From NCBI GenBank assembly GCA_011109175.1, contig RDEW01000016.1:737592-800195 (forward strand): 62,604 nt of DNA. The letters run 5' to 3'. Both the position numbers and the translations under genes were made by a program. Position 1 is the first letter of the stretch, and every line of letters starts with the position of its first letter. The stretch is from Dicyema japonicum. Taxonomy: Eukaryota; Animalia; Dicyemida. Below are positions 19,084-31,399 of the stretch, in pieces. The notes under the pieces are model-generated. The model was not told the origin of the DNA and searched no databases. It was given only the letters and a program-made list of their open reading frames with translations.

Positions 19084-21960
19084 TTGTGGTGTGATCAACG
19101 AAAATCTCAGATGGAAAATAAAGAACGAAAAGAAGACGAAGTACGAGGAACAAAGCCACTAAGGACAACTCAGGCATGTCTCTTTTGTGGGCAGTCGAAT
19201 ATCAGGAAATTTGGAATTAACTGCACGCCATGTGAATCATTCGCTCATTTGGGCTGCATAAAAATGAGCAAAGCCTGCGCTGAGACGCTGTCAAGTTGGC
19301 AGTGCCCCTCTTGTATTGGAAACGAGGTCCCCAGGCGGGAAAATAGCTCAGCCAAACTTTACACTGCCACATACTCCAGTAAAAAGCAGGAAGATCCCAG
19401 TAAAAATTCCTAAAGGAGTACGAATTGCCGCAGCAACGTGTCTTTCAGATGCCATTGATCACGTACTGTCCTCTGACAGTTGGAGATTTTGGCTAAAACT
19501 TATATGCTTTGCACCTGTCGCACTCGGAGTACCTACAACGAAATCTGAGGATAATGATGAAGAAACAAACTCCCGGCTCAACTAATCCGGGAATAATGAA
19601 TTTTAGCAGTCATAACATACACGCAATACTTTAACAGCCAGTTAATGTTAATGAGGTCGAAATCAGAGGAGCATACACCAAAGATGTCCCCAACAAACTA
19701 AAGGAGAGAGTAAACCGGAAACTTCTGGAGAGCGACGTGCGGGCGGCCTTACGGGCTATCACGTCCGATGACACAGTATTGTCTTGTACCCCTGAGGTCC
19801 TGAATACCTTAATACCGAAGCACCCAGATGCACCGACTGACTATGAAAAGTTTTTGAATCTTAAAGGAACCCCTGAGATTATCATTACCGATTCCGAAGT
19901 GCGCCACGGAATAGCTTATTTCGCCGTTAACAGCGGCGGAAGCTTGGAAGGGTTACGTCCTGGCTATATTAAGGACCTCACGTCCACATATACTTCGGAA
20001 GCTGGACGCTGTCTTGTCAAATCAATTACGGACCTAATCAGAAAAATGGTTAACGGCGACATCCCAGAATATGCCAAAGAATTGCTCTTCTCCGCAAGGC
20101 TACTTGCTTTATTTATTTAATAAGGCTACTTGCTTTTAAAAAACCCAATGATGGAATCCGCCCCATTGCGGTCGGGAACTATTTTAGAAGACTTTCAGCA
20201 AAGGTAGCATCGACCCTGGTGAGCCGACAAATGGGTGTTAGTATCCAGAACGGATGTGAGGCTGGGGTTCATGCAGCAAGGCGTTTCTTCACACAGAGAA
20301 ATATTTTAAATAAATGCATTGGAATCAAGTTGGACTTAACGAATGCATTCAATTCTCTCAGAAGAGATAAAATTATGGAAACGTGTTGAAGAGGGCTCCA
20401 AAGCTTTTCCCTCTTGTCAAATTATTCTATGGGGACGATTTGTCTCTGGTATTTGAAAATAAAATTATAAATCAAAAACGGGGGTCCAACAAGGAGATCC
20501 ACTCGGACCTCTCTTATTTGCCTGACTATTGATGATGTTGTAAGATCAATTGACACACAGCTAAATCTCTGGTATCTCGACGATGCCACAATCGGAGGAT
20601 CATTCAAGGAAACATGCAATTCATTACGTAAAGGGTTACCCGCATTAAAACACTTGGACACCATTGTTAACAAATCAGAGCTAATAAATGTCTCATATCC
20701 ATACACCGACTTTCTCTCTATCAAGGAGTCTTTTAACGAACTGCTCTGGGATCCCGACTGTGCCAGTTGATAAATTATATTTCCTCGGATGCCCACTCAG
20801 CGAAGAAAAATTCAAGTACATCTACTTTCCAAAAATGAAGAATTTACACACCTCGCGAAAAGATTGTCATGTCTCAACTCTCACACATCCTTCTTCCTGA
20901 TGAGAAACAACATCGGACTACCCTAGCTTTTATATCTACTCCGATGTTCACCCTGCTACAAACAATACGACAGTCTACTTTCGATAGACAAATCTCTCAA
21001 ACAAACTGTAACGTCCGCTTCGACGAACTTGGTTAAAAGCAATGTATGCTTCCCTCTGGTTTTGAGGGTATCGGTCTGAAATCGGCGCTGGAGGTCGCGT
21101 ACCCGGCATATCTATCGTCACTCTCAAGCTGCAGCTATTGTCTTACGTCACACTATTGGACTTCGCTGGAATGAGTCATTTGACGAAGCCTGTCGGAAAT
21201 GGAACAGGTCCGGACTCAAAATCCCGGAAAACTCAGCGAAGCAAAGTAATAGGGATAACATTGTCTGCTCCAAAATTTTGGAGGACCTTAAAAAAGAAGC
21301 AAATCAACATCGTCTTGCTTGTTTGGTGTCACCTTCAAATGGAGGGAGTGGAGCATAGCTTGGTGCAATACCTTGCCCAAACCTCGGGACTTTTTTGGAC
21401 GACGATTCTTTGAGGATTGGAATCAAACAAAGGCTAGGACTAGACGTTTGCCAGGAGCACCGATGCTGATGCGGGAAAACAGTCGATGCGAAGGGATTGC
21501 ACCCACTGTCCTGCAGAAGAAGCGCCGGAAGAGGATTAATCACGCTGCTCTGAACGATGTGATCGTCAGAGCTCTGAAGGCTACAGGCTTCCCAGCACAG
21601 CTTGAAGCAGTGGGTCTTGATCGAGGAGATGGGAAGAGACCTGACGGGATGACCCTTTTCCTTTTCACATCCCGAAGATCTTTGGTCTGGGATGCAACTT
21701 GTGTTGTGACACATTCTCAAGCACGAATCTTTACAAGTCAGTTCAGACACCTGGAGCAGCTGCTTCGACCGCGGAAAAACTAAAAATCAAGAAATATTCC
21801 TGCCTCGGGGACCGCTACCGATTTACTTTTGTTGCGGCCGAGTCATCGGGAGCCCTTGGTCCAATGACGGCTGAGTTTTTGCGCGAACTCGGAGGCCATA
21901 CTCCGAGGGAACTCGTTTTCGATCTTCGCAGCCGGCTTCCTCAACTAACATTTGTTTTTT
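19084..21960 (+). mobile_element. CRE-clade RLE retrotransposon 1 (PHD finger-RT-RLE), decayed
   Basis: PHD finger CLFC...CTPCESFAHLGC...WQCPSC; RPIAVGNYFRRL; NGGPTRRSTR frameshifted from GVQQGDPLGP; WYLDD; GKRPDGMTL...LVWDATCV; AAESSGALGP. Confidence 0.9.
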
Positions 21961-22011
21961 TGTTAGGTAATTGTCATTTAATAGAACAAAATTATCTAAT
22001 ATATAATTTAT

Positions 22012-22429
22012 GGTAACCAGAAAATTCATCTAAAAAAAAATTCATCTAAAACAATTCGTCTAATTAACAATTCGTCTAAATCGTGTTTGTCTAGTAACAA
22101 TTAAATCATTTTATTCAAGATATTAAAAAAAATATTGTGAGCTATTCCTATAAGATATTCATTTATATTGTCAAATCTAAAATTTTCAACAATTCTTTTT
22201 ATACGTGAAGCACTTTCTCGAAAACACTTTTTGGGATTGTACATCTGCAAGAATATAGTTATGCACATTCCACACTTCAAGTGAAAAATGAGGTGGACGA
22301 CGAATATTATTGATAACTAGACGGCCTATGTTTTAAATCTATAAAATTTAAACCTATCCAAGTGTCTTCAAAGTATTAAACAAACATGACGATTTAGACG
22401 AATTGTTTTAGACGAATTAGCCGTGAACC
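22012..22429. mobile_element. Mutator(MULE)-type MITE with 9-bp TSD
   Basis: Termini GGTAACC...GTGAACC with repeated subterminal AATTCGTCTAA / TTAGACGAATT motifs in inverted orientation. ATAATTTAT flanks it at 22003-22011 and 22430-22438. Confidence 0.85.
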
Positions 22430-22439
22430 ATAATTTATT

Positions 22440-25350
22440 ACGCTCGTTGTGGTTGTGGTCGTTGTGTTGCTAAGAGAAAAAAAAGGAAAATCAGAAAGAA
22501 CATGCAGAAAACTGCAAAAAAGATGAGATCTTCACAAAGTGCAACATAATGAACAAAAGAAAGCGGATGATCCATTGCACAGCCTGTTCGTATGGCTAAC
22601 ACATGTCCTGTGCCGAAATGACTAAAAGAGCCCTGGCTGCCATTTCAGATTGGCACTGTCGGTTTTGTCTCCTACCAGATAATACGACAAACTCTTTTCT
22701 ACGCTACCCTTCTGAACATGTTCCATTAGACCATCAGGAAATACTTGAATTGATCTCAAACCTGACACACACACGAAGACTCCTGATCCCCAAAGCTGCC
22801 CGTATATCTGTCGCGGACTGCCTATGTGAGTGTATTGAAAGGGCAGTTTCTTCGGACGACTCTGATGATTGGGTATGATTATTTTGCTTCGCTCCATTAA
22901 CACTATGCATACCCCATAGGAGGGGGAAAGAAGAGAAATCACTTACGTCATTAGTAAAGGAAAATGTCCACACACTTTTTTCAAAGAACCTATTGGCAGA
23001 CACAAAACAATGAGAAGCCAACATCGACTATCTCGGACACTCAGAGATTAAAAAGTGCGATCCGTCGAAAACTTTTGGAAGGTTGTATCCGTGCTGCGGT
23101 GAAGATCCTTGCAGATCAACAATGTATAATTGAGCCGTCTGAACAGTCCTACGCATCACTTGTTGAGCGACACCCAAGTCTCCCCAACGACCACCGGGTT
23201 CCCCCTTGCCCAGAACAATTAATAAATCTACTTGTCTCAGAAGAAAACGTAAAAGATGGGATTCTCTCTTTCGTCCGAGTAGCAGTGGAGGACTAGATGG
23301 GCTCCGTCCGGGTCACCTCAAAGATCTCATTGCTCATAACATGGGCAACTCTGGGGCTATCACCAAACTAATGAACAGGATGCTATCAGAGACATTACCA
23401 GAAACAATTCGACACGTAATGTTCTCCGCAAAGTTAATCGCATTCGACAAGAAGGGAGGTGGAATACGTCCTATTGCAGTCGGCCTGGTCTTCCGTCGGT
23501 TAGCCTCAAAGCTTGTATGCAAAGCAATCCTGCCTACGCTGATAACACAGCTACAACCAACCCAAATAGGGGTCGGCACACCGGGGGGTTGTGAAGTGGC
23601 AGTTCATGAGAACGCATTTCTTCTAACCATTTGCAAGGAACATTCACCTAAAAGAACGTGAACATTCCTCACGTAATCGTCAAAATTGACATTAAAAATG
23701 CCTTCAACTCGATACGACGTGATACAATTCTGGAGGATTGCTTCACATACTACCCATCAGTGTACAGCTATATTCATAGCTCGTACTGAAAACCATCCAG
23801 TCTGGTACACGGCCAATATTACATTCCATCGTTTTCTGGAGTCCATCAAGGAGACCCACTGGGGCCTGTCTTGTTCAGCTGGGAATTGCCCATATCACAG
23901 AATATTGTTCCACTCCTCTGAGAGTATGATATTTTGATGATTGCACCATGGGCGGCCATCCAAAGGATGTACTAAATTGTTTGAAAAGTCTGATAGTACA
24001 ATTGGAATCCCTATGCCTAACTCTAAACACCAATAAATGTGAAGTTACCAATTTTGGATTTCTGCAGCCTGAATGGGATCTGATCCTTGGTATGTTCAGA
24101 GAGATCATTCCGAAAGCCACAGAAACCAAATCAGAACAACTGGAAATACTTGGATGCCCTCTTACTGATGCTGGAATCTGTAACACTCTAAGAACAAAAG
24201 AACATCAATTAAAAACAACATTCAGACGTCTGGAGATGCTGGATGCACACACCTCCCTATTCCTCCTGAGAAGCCTTATCAGCACAGAAACTGAACTACG
24301 TTCTTCGTGAGGCACCCTGCTACTTGAAAATGCAACAGCTCGATGCTATCGATTCCCTCTTCCGGACCACTATTGAACGTATCACAAATGTGAAATTTGA
24401 CGACCAAGGGTGGGATCAATCGACCCTACCCGTTAGCCTGGGAGGACTGGGAATCCCTTCACCGAAAGATCTGGCTTGCCCTGCGTATCTATCCTCTTTG
24501 GGCTCCAGCCGACTGCTGATCATGATGATTCTCCAACTCCAAACAGAATCATCTGAAATCACAGATATGGAGCATTTGAAGGGGATGATGCCTGAGTAGA
24601 CAGACCATTACAGGACCATCTGCGAGAGACGTGCCTGTCTAGTCACTGAAAGATGCGAATCGAGTGGCGCATGGATCAATGCACTCCCCGTTGGTAGTGT
24701 CGGGACCCACCATGACGACGATACTGTCCGCATCGGCATCTCCACCAGATTTGGAGTGGAGATTTGCCGGACTCACAAATGCCGGTGTGACGCAACCGTC
24801 GATTGTTATGGACACCATGCCCTCTCTTGTCGAAGAAGTGCAAGATGATTCCCGAGACACAAGGCGATCAACGGAATTGTCAAGCGAGCCCTGGAGTCTG
24901 CGGGATACCAAGCCATACTAGAACCTGTTGGCCTAGACAGAGGAGACGGAAAACGTCCCGACGGGATCACAATTTTCCCATTCGAAGTGGGGAAACCTTT
25001 GGTCTGGTACGCCACTTGTGTCGACACGCTTTGCCCGTCCAACATTGTCGGGAGAGCGTTAGACACTCTGTATTCCGCGGAAAAAATGATGAGGGCAAAG
25101 GAAAAAGAAATACGAAGCGCTACGCGACCGATTCGCGTTTTATCCGATAGTGGTCGAGACAACTGGAGGAATAAGTGGAAAATCGCTTCGCTTCCTAAAA
25201 AACTTAAACGCTTAGCTACACTAAAAAGCCACGACGCACGTGAGACCCGGTGGCTTCTCCAGTTGATCTCTGTTGCAATCGTGAGAGGCAACGCAACGTC
25301 GATAATGTCGGCGGGGTCCACTTTAGATGAAATTTGTCTAATTATAATTT
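22440..25350 (+). mobile_element. CRE-clade RLE retrotransposon 2 (PHD-RT-RLE), decayed
   Basis: SSGGLDGLRPGHL, GGIRPIAVGLVFRRLASK, IGVGTPGGCEVAVH, DIKNAFNSIRR, LGGLGIPS, GKRPDGITIFPF...LVWYATCVDT, ISVAIVRGNA. Confidence 0.9.
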
Positions 25351-25719
25351 ATTAAATTTATTATTTTTTAATGGTAAACCTATATATATAAAATAAAAGT
25401 CGGAATTAATAAAAAAAAAATGAACCTATTTCCCTTAAAAAATTGAGAACTTAAGTGTACAATTTTCTATGCTAAGCACTGTATATTTTTATTATTTTTA
25501 TTATTCACTACTTTATTAGCTGGATATGTATATTATTAATTATTAATGTGTAGATTTTTTTAATTTAGACAATTTTGTAAGTGACGATTTATCAGACTGT
25601 GACATAGTATGTAGTTGATTTGGTCAAATATATGGATTCGATTACCACAGGAGTTTCTTCTCTCCCCACGTCGTAATATGTCGCGCTGCATATCGAAACG
25701 CCGTGTTATTTTTTTATTA

Positions 25720-26430
25720 TATTGAACCACAAACCACCGTCATATCCAAAATAACAAAATTCAGGTGATCCAAGTTTCCCTCAACAGTCTCCGCATCTTT
25801 TCTCGATGTTCCGACTGCGTTCCTGCGCATTTCCGATATGGACAGGGTCCGCATACTCGAGTCCTTCGCAGGGGCACTGTTTCAGTCGTCTCTATCATAT
25901 TTGCTAGGTTTCTTGGCAGAATTTCCACTCGGGAATATTTCCTTAGTAGGTTTGCTGCCTTCACTTGAATGTTGCATATCTTGTTCAAATTCGTTCCAGA
26001 AAGGTTAGATCCCCAGATATTACATGCGTATCCTATTGTAGCCTCGATGAACTGTTTGTATATGACCTCCAGACCACTCAGATTTTTTTGTCTATTAGGT
26101 TTCCCAAGAACGCCTTCAGGAAGTTGATTTTCCTCGTACAAGTCAATAACATATTTTCGACATGTTTTGTAAAGGTTAAGAAGGTGTCAAAGGTAACTCC
26201 CAGGATTTTCTAGTATATGTTTTGCGCGAAAATCTTCCCATCCAGTTTGACGTCAATTGATACTTTCTCTAGTCTTCTGTTTGTCGTGAATAGTGTCAAT
26301 ACCGACTTCTCCGGGCTAGCAGTCAATCGATTTTCCCAAATCCATAAACTTAATTTATTCATATTATCCTGCATGTTTCCCGTTGCTTCCACAATAATCA
26401 CAAACCGCCGTGTTACAAAGGAACAATCCA
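25720..26430 (-). mobile_element. Ingi/Vingi-like LINE 3' portion (same family as 55870-56350)
   Basis: ASPEKSVLTLFTT; ILGVTFD; YKQFIEATIGYACNIW; the ORF ends WIT* at the 3' hairpin. Confidence 0.85.
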
Positions 26431-26434
26431 AATG

Positions 26435-27035
26435 ACTCTCAGAAGTGTATAAGGACCTTCCCGGACAGATTTCTGGTCCCTCGAGAGTGGCTGCACAAGA
26501 AATTTGATTCGTCCTGCTTTTTCCCTACTTTGGAATTACAGTCTCCCGCTATAAAGAGCATGTAGGAGGTGGACAGAGAGGAGTAAGCCGATGATAAAAA
26601 CGAGTAGAAAATGTAAAGTTTCTCTGCATTGGCGGATACCCTCACTGTGGTGGGTGCATATACATTGATAATCAATAGAGTAGTATTATAGTTGTTTCCG
26701 AGGGGTAGTGGAGGATGGCAATCCTGTCGTTGATATTCCATACTCTATGATCCACCACAGCTGCGTCCACGCGTATAGGGAACCCCATCTCATAATATCG
26801 GCATTCTGACGGCAATAGAAGCAGTCGATAGCCGTTCATTGTTTTATCCAGGTCATTGGGGACTTTAGTCTCCTGGAGACAGCATACAGATATGCCGTAT
26901 CGTCGGAGGTCCGGACATAAGTGTTGTATTTTTACGTATGATGTTAGTCCTCTCACATTGAGTGATTCAATAGAGAACAGGGAAGATTGATTGCATGAAG
27001 AAGACATCTTTGCAAGAGAATCACGTCACCACTTA
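26435..27035 (-). mobile_element. RTE-clade LINE APE fragment
   Basis: LNVRGL...VCCLQETK; INVYAPT; FIAGDCNSKVG. Confidence 0.85.
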
Positions 27036-27039
27036 GACC

Positions 27040-27400
27040 AATATATAATAATAATATCACCAGAGACCACGGTCACACAAACTAACGTGATCCCAGCACG
27101 CTCTAGCAGGGACTTCATCTTGGTCCGATGCTCCTCCCTCGTCCCCACACAAGCACGTATCGGTCGAATGACTGGACCTTCGCAGTCACGACGGCGCGAT
27201 CCGTGGTTCATTCTTATCAAGGCTTCAAGAGGCATCGGTGGCTGGAATTCTCCAGAAATCCAGCATTCTGTGATTTTGGAGGCTCTTTTCAGGCTAGCCT
27301 CGATCTTCAAGACATTCGTCCAAGAGATGAGTGGGCTTCATATACCACATGCATAAAAGATGCATGGTTCAATGAATTGTTTATATACAGTGCTAAAAAC
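27040..27400 (-). mobile_element. LINE 3' end (family shared with 37680-38110 and 57610-58020)
   Basis: ASKITECWISGEFQPPMPLEALIRMNHG...RACVGTREEH...AGIT; hairpin GGGATCAC/GTGGTCTC; ATT tail. Confidence 0.75.
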
Positions 27401-27751
27401 AGAATGCTTTCCGATCTTCCATAAGCCTGTGAGGAATTTCAGAACATTAGTTTTCTTTTCGCATTTCGTAATTACGTTTTCAACATGGAGAGAATGACAT
27501 ATGCATGTCAAAAATCACCCCAAGGATTCTTTTAGATTTTCTGTAAGGAATAGCTTCATTGTTTGCCTTTAGTTCGACCGTCCGTCTTCCCAGTCTTTTG
27601 TCTGAAGTAAATAGGGTTGTGACGGACTTTTCACTGCTAGTAGTTAGGCGATTCTTCGATAGTCATTTGTCAAGCCTAATAATTAGTTTGGTTTAATTTC
27701 AAGTAATTAAATTAATATTTAAATATTCAAATATTAACGTGCAAGTAGTGA

Positions 27752-28336
27752 ATGAATACTAAATTAAATTTTTATGAATATCTTGATGATTATTTTACCA
27801 ATCATAAAAAATACATAGATGATGTTATAAACTTACCAGGAATAAGAAAACCACCAATTCCCTACGAACAACAAATAGTTATAAGTTTGACTGAGACTTG
27901 TCCCTTTCGTTCTGTTATTAGTTATATTGCTGGTTTTGTAATAATAATCAATTTAGGATTGGGATTGGGAGCTGTTTTTGGAATATTTTCTGTTGGTTTG
28001 GAACCCCCATCTGCCACTCAATCACAAACAATCAGATCTGTCTTAAATGATATGAAAAGTCGTTCTTGGTCATATTCTAAAAACTTTTCCATCGTTGGTT
28101 TTCTTTTTTCTGGAATTGAATGTTCTATAGAAAGTGTTTATTATATAATTTATGTTATAGTATAGAGGGAAAAGTGAACTTTTTAACGGAACACTTGCCG
28201 GTGGTCTTACTGGTGGAATTTTAGGGTTTAGAGGTATTTTAACATTTAACATTTAGCTGGACTTAAACCTGCTGTTTTTGGAGCAGTCGGTTTTTCAATC
28301 TTTAGTACTGTTATTGATTATTTTTTAAGATATTGA
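27752..28336 (+). CDS. TIMM22: Mitochondrial inner-membrane translocase subunit Tim22
   Basis: ETCPFRSVISYIAGF, SYSKNFSIVGFLFSGIECSIES|YRGK, GGLTGGILGFR|AGLKPAVFGAVGFSIFSTVIDYFLRY*; three short introns. Confidence 0.93.
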
Positions 28337-28451
28337 TTTTATATCTGGTTTTTAACGACATATTAAGGCTATATTTATAACCAACTTCCCTTCATGATTT
28401 TTAATGTTTTTAATAATTACAATGAACTTTATTTTTAAACTATAAATTGAT

Positions 28452-31395
28452 ATGTCATGTGGCTCGCCGACGACGTGGTGGCATTTGAAAAAAAAGAACC
28501 ACACTTTCCCCTATCTTCACGGGTGGACCAATAAGGAAGGCCTGCGCCGCTGCGGGGACGTTGAGGCAAACCCTGGACCAGCCAGAATAGTTCAATTGAA
28601 CATAAATGGAATCAAGAACAAAATACTCGAACTTCGGACATTTGTGAAAGAAAATCACATTGATCTGTAGCTAATTCAAGAATCTAAACTTTCTCCAACG
28701 AATTCAACACCAGTATTTCCGGGATTTACATGATTCGCCGTGACAGAATTGGCAAACTTGGTGGGGGTCTTCTCACAGTTATCCGCAACGGCATTCCGTT
28801 TGAGGACTTAACCAACAGTGCTTACACTATGCTTAAAGGATATGGAAATATCAAACTTTTGGTTACCAAAATACAAATCCCAAGACTATCAATAATAATT
28901 GTCAGCGCATATCTTCCACTGTTGAGTTCCTAATCGTCCAGTGCTCCCAGACTTACTCCTCTCGCATCACTAAAGGATGTGATTATCTGTGGTGACTTCA
29001 ATGCGAAGCACCCACTGTGACTGACAGGACAAACCTACGACAAAAGAGGGAGGATGATAATTGAGGACCTACACAGCCTATGTATACTCAACGATCCTGC
29101 ATCCCATACAAGAACACCTACTCGAAGTAACGATAAACCTTCTTCTATCGACATCTCACTGTCATCACCGTCCTTGGCCCCTCTTATTGACTGGTTAGTG
29201 AAGTATGACACCAGGAGTGACCACAATCCAATATTTTTGGAGGTCAAAACGAAGTCACGGATAAAAGGACAATGCCCAACAATAACTAACTACAGCCTTG
29301 CGAATTGGAAAGGATTCAAGGAATACGTCGATAATTGTATTGGACTATTAAATTTCCCCACTTTTCCCTCCGTCGAACAATTAGTGAAATGGTTCAACTC
29401 CATTATAAACGATGCGAAAAAGAAGTACATTCCTATGGGAAGACGACCAACGTCATCAAAACGTTTCAACACAACGACGAAACATCTGATCAGAGAACGA
29501 AATTATCTAAAGATGGTAAAATCGCCAACAGAAGAGAACATCAGGAAAATACGAGAATTGAACAGAGAGATCGACAACAACATAAAGACAGAAAATGCAA
29601 ATAGATGGACGAGACTATCGAAAGCTCTCTACAAAAACCCCCCAATGCAAAGAGTGTGGAAGTGGATCAAAAACATCAAAAAATCCTCCCCAGAGAGAAA
29701 AGTCGAAGTCTACATAAAACCAGACACTCTGATAAAATATTACACATCTATATCCTACAGGAAGTTTTCAAAAGAACACCAAGTATTCCTGAAAAAGATT
29801 GAACCGAAACGCTCCGATGACTGGATCCTATTTACTAGTCAGGATGTTCTCAGAGCCATATCCAAGGCCAACAACTCAGAGGCCAAAGGACCAGACAACA
29901 TAACCACATGTGAACTGAATCACCTAGGCCATCGAGCCCTGGAACTATTAGCCTATATATTCAACCTATCCATTAACACAAGTACAATTCCTGAAATATG
30001 GAAGAAGTCTCTAATCAGACCTATTCGAAAACCCAACAAACCAATAGATGAATTATCTTCCTATCGCCCAATATCTATTCTAAGTCCGGTCTCAAGGATC
30101 CTTGAAAGGCTTGTTTTTGAAAAAATACAAGACTCAATCTCAATACCTCCGACCCAGCACGGATTCCGGGACAACCATTCGACGACAACACACCTTACAA
30201 CCCTCACACAATTCATTGCGGAAGGATTTGACTCCCCCAAACCACATCAGAGGACAGTACTTATATCCGTGGACATCACAAAAGCGTTCGACTCAGTCCC
30301 CAGGAAACTCCTAACAGAGAAAATATACGAAACCAACATCTATCCGAACCTGAAACTTTGGCTTGGAAACTTCCTAAATGGAAGACGAGCACAAGTACTC
30401 TGCAACAACATCAAATCAAGATCTCGCTATTTCCCAAATGGAGTCCCTCAAGGCTCCCCACTATCACCCCAACTCTTCAATCTCTACGTAAACGACATGC
30501 CACAAACCTGTAATGAAAACTGTTTAATCATCTCTTATGCCGACGATATCATTCTTGCTTCCAAGAACAGAAGCATTCAATCAGCGACTCAGTTGGCTCA
30601 ACAAATGCTCGACAACTTGGAACTATGGCTCTCGAAGCGGAGACTTGACACATCAGCAGCAAAGTCCTTTGTCACACTGTTTACCACCTACAAGAGACAG
30701 CTCTGTGTCCAACCAAAAATCTTATGAAGAACGAGGCTATCTCTATTAACAAAACACCGAAGATTCTGGGAGTAACCTTTGATCAGGGACTCACCTTTAT
30801 CCGGCATGTTGAAAACAGAGTAACTTCTGCTCTGAAAAAAATGAGAATTTTAAAAGTGCTCTCAAAAACACTTAGAGATCAAACTGGGATCCTTGCCACG
30901 ATTTACAAACAATNNNNNNNNNNNNNNNNNNNNAGAATTTTAAAAGTGCTCTCAAAAACACTTAGAGATCAAACTGGGATCCTTGCCACGATTTACAAAC
31001 AATTTATCCGACCAACGATGACGTATGCAAGTCCTTCATGGGCAATGCAAATGTCACGATCTTCCACATTGAAATTATCTGCAATCGAGGAGACTGCAAT
31101 AAGATTAATTGGAGCAGATCACAATATCCAACCTATTGAAAACTTTTTAATTGAACTACAACGGAAACTATTAAAGGAGGCTGTTCTACCGAGCTGCCCT
31201 CTATTTTAAATACTATCGAATTATCTACAATCATACAGAAATTTTGAGCCGATGCCATGTCCAATGAAAAGAGCTGTTCAGGATTCTCGACCCCGCCGGA
31301 CTCGTCCTCACCTTTGTCGGTCTGGGATCACTTAGTTAGATGAAAACTTTTATTTCTTTCTCTTTGACTCAGTGATCCTGGGGGTAATAATAATA
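28452..31395 (+). mobile_element. Near full-length Ingi/Vingi-like LINE (family D): pseudoknot-2A-APE-RT-3' hairpin
   Basis: RRCGDVEANPGP; IVQLNINGIKNK; CGDFNAKH; SDHNPI; RT ORF 29054..30727 (DITKAFDSV, GVPQGSPLSP, SYADD); the 3' end reads SGIT* with the hairpin at 31324-31379 and a TAA tail. A few stops/frameshifts and an N gap at 30914-30933. Confidence 0.93.
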
Positions 31396-31399
31396 ATCA

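Noticed and set aside
30844-31003. 70-bp direct repeat flanking 20 Ns inside family D
   Set aside because: An exact duplication on both sides of a gap is a typical scaffolding overlap artefact.
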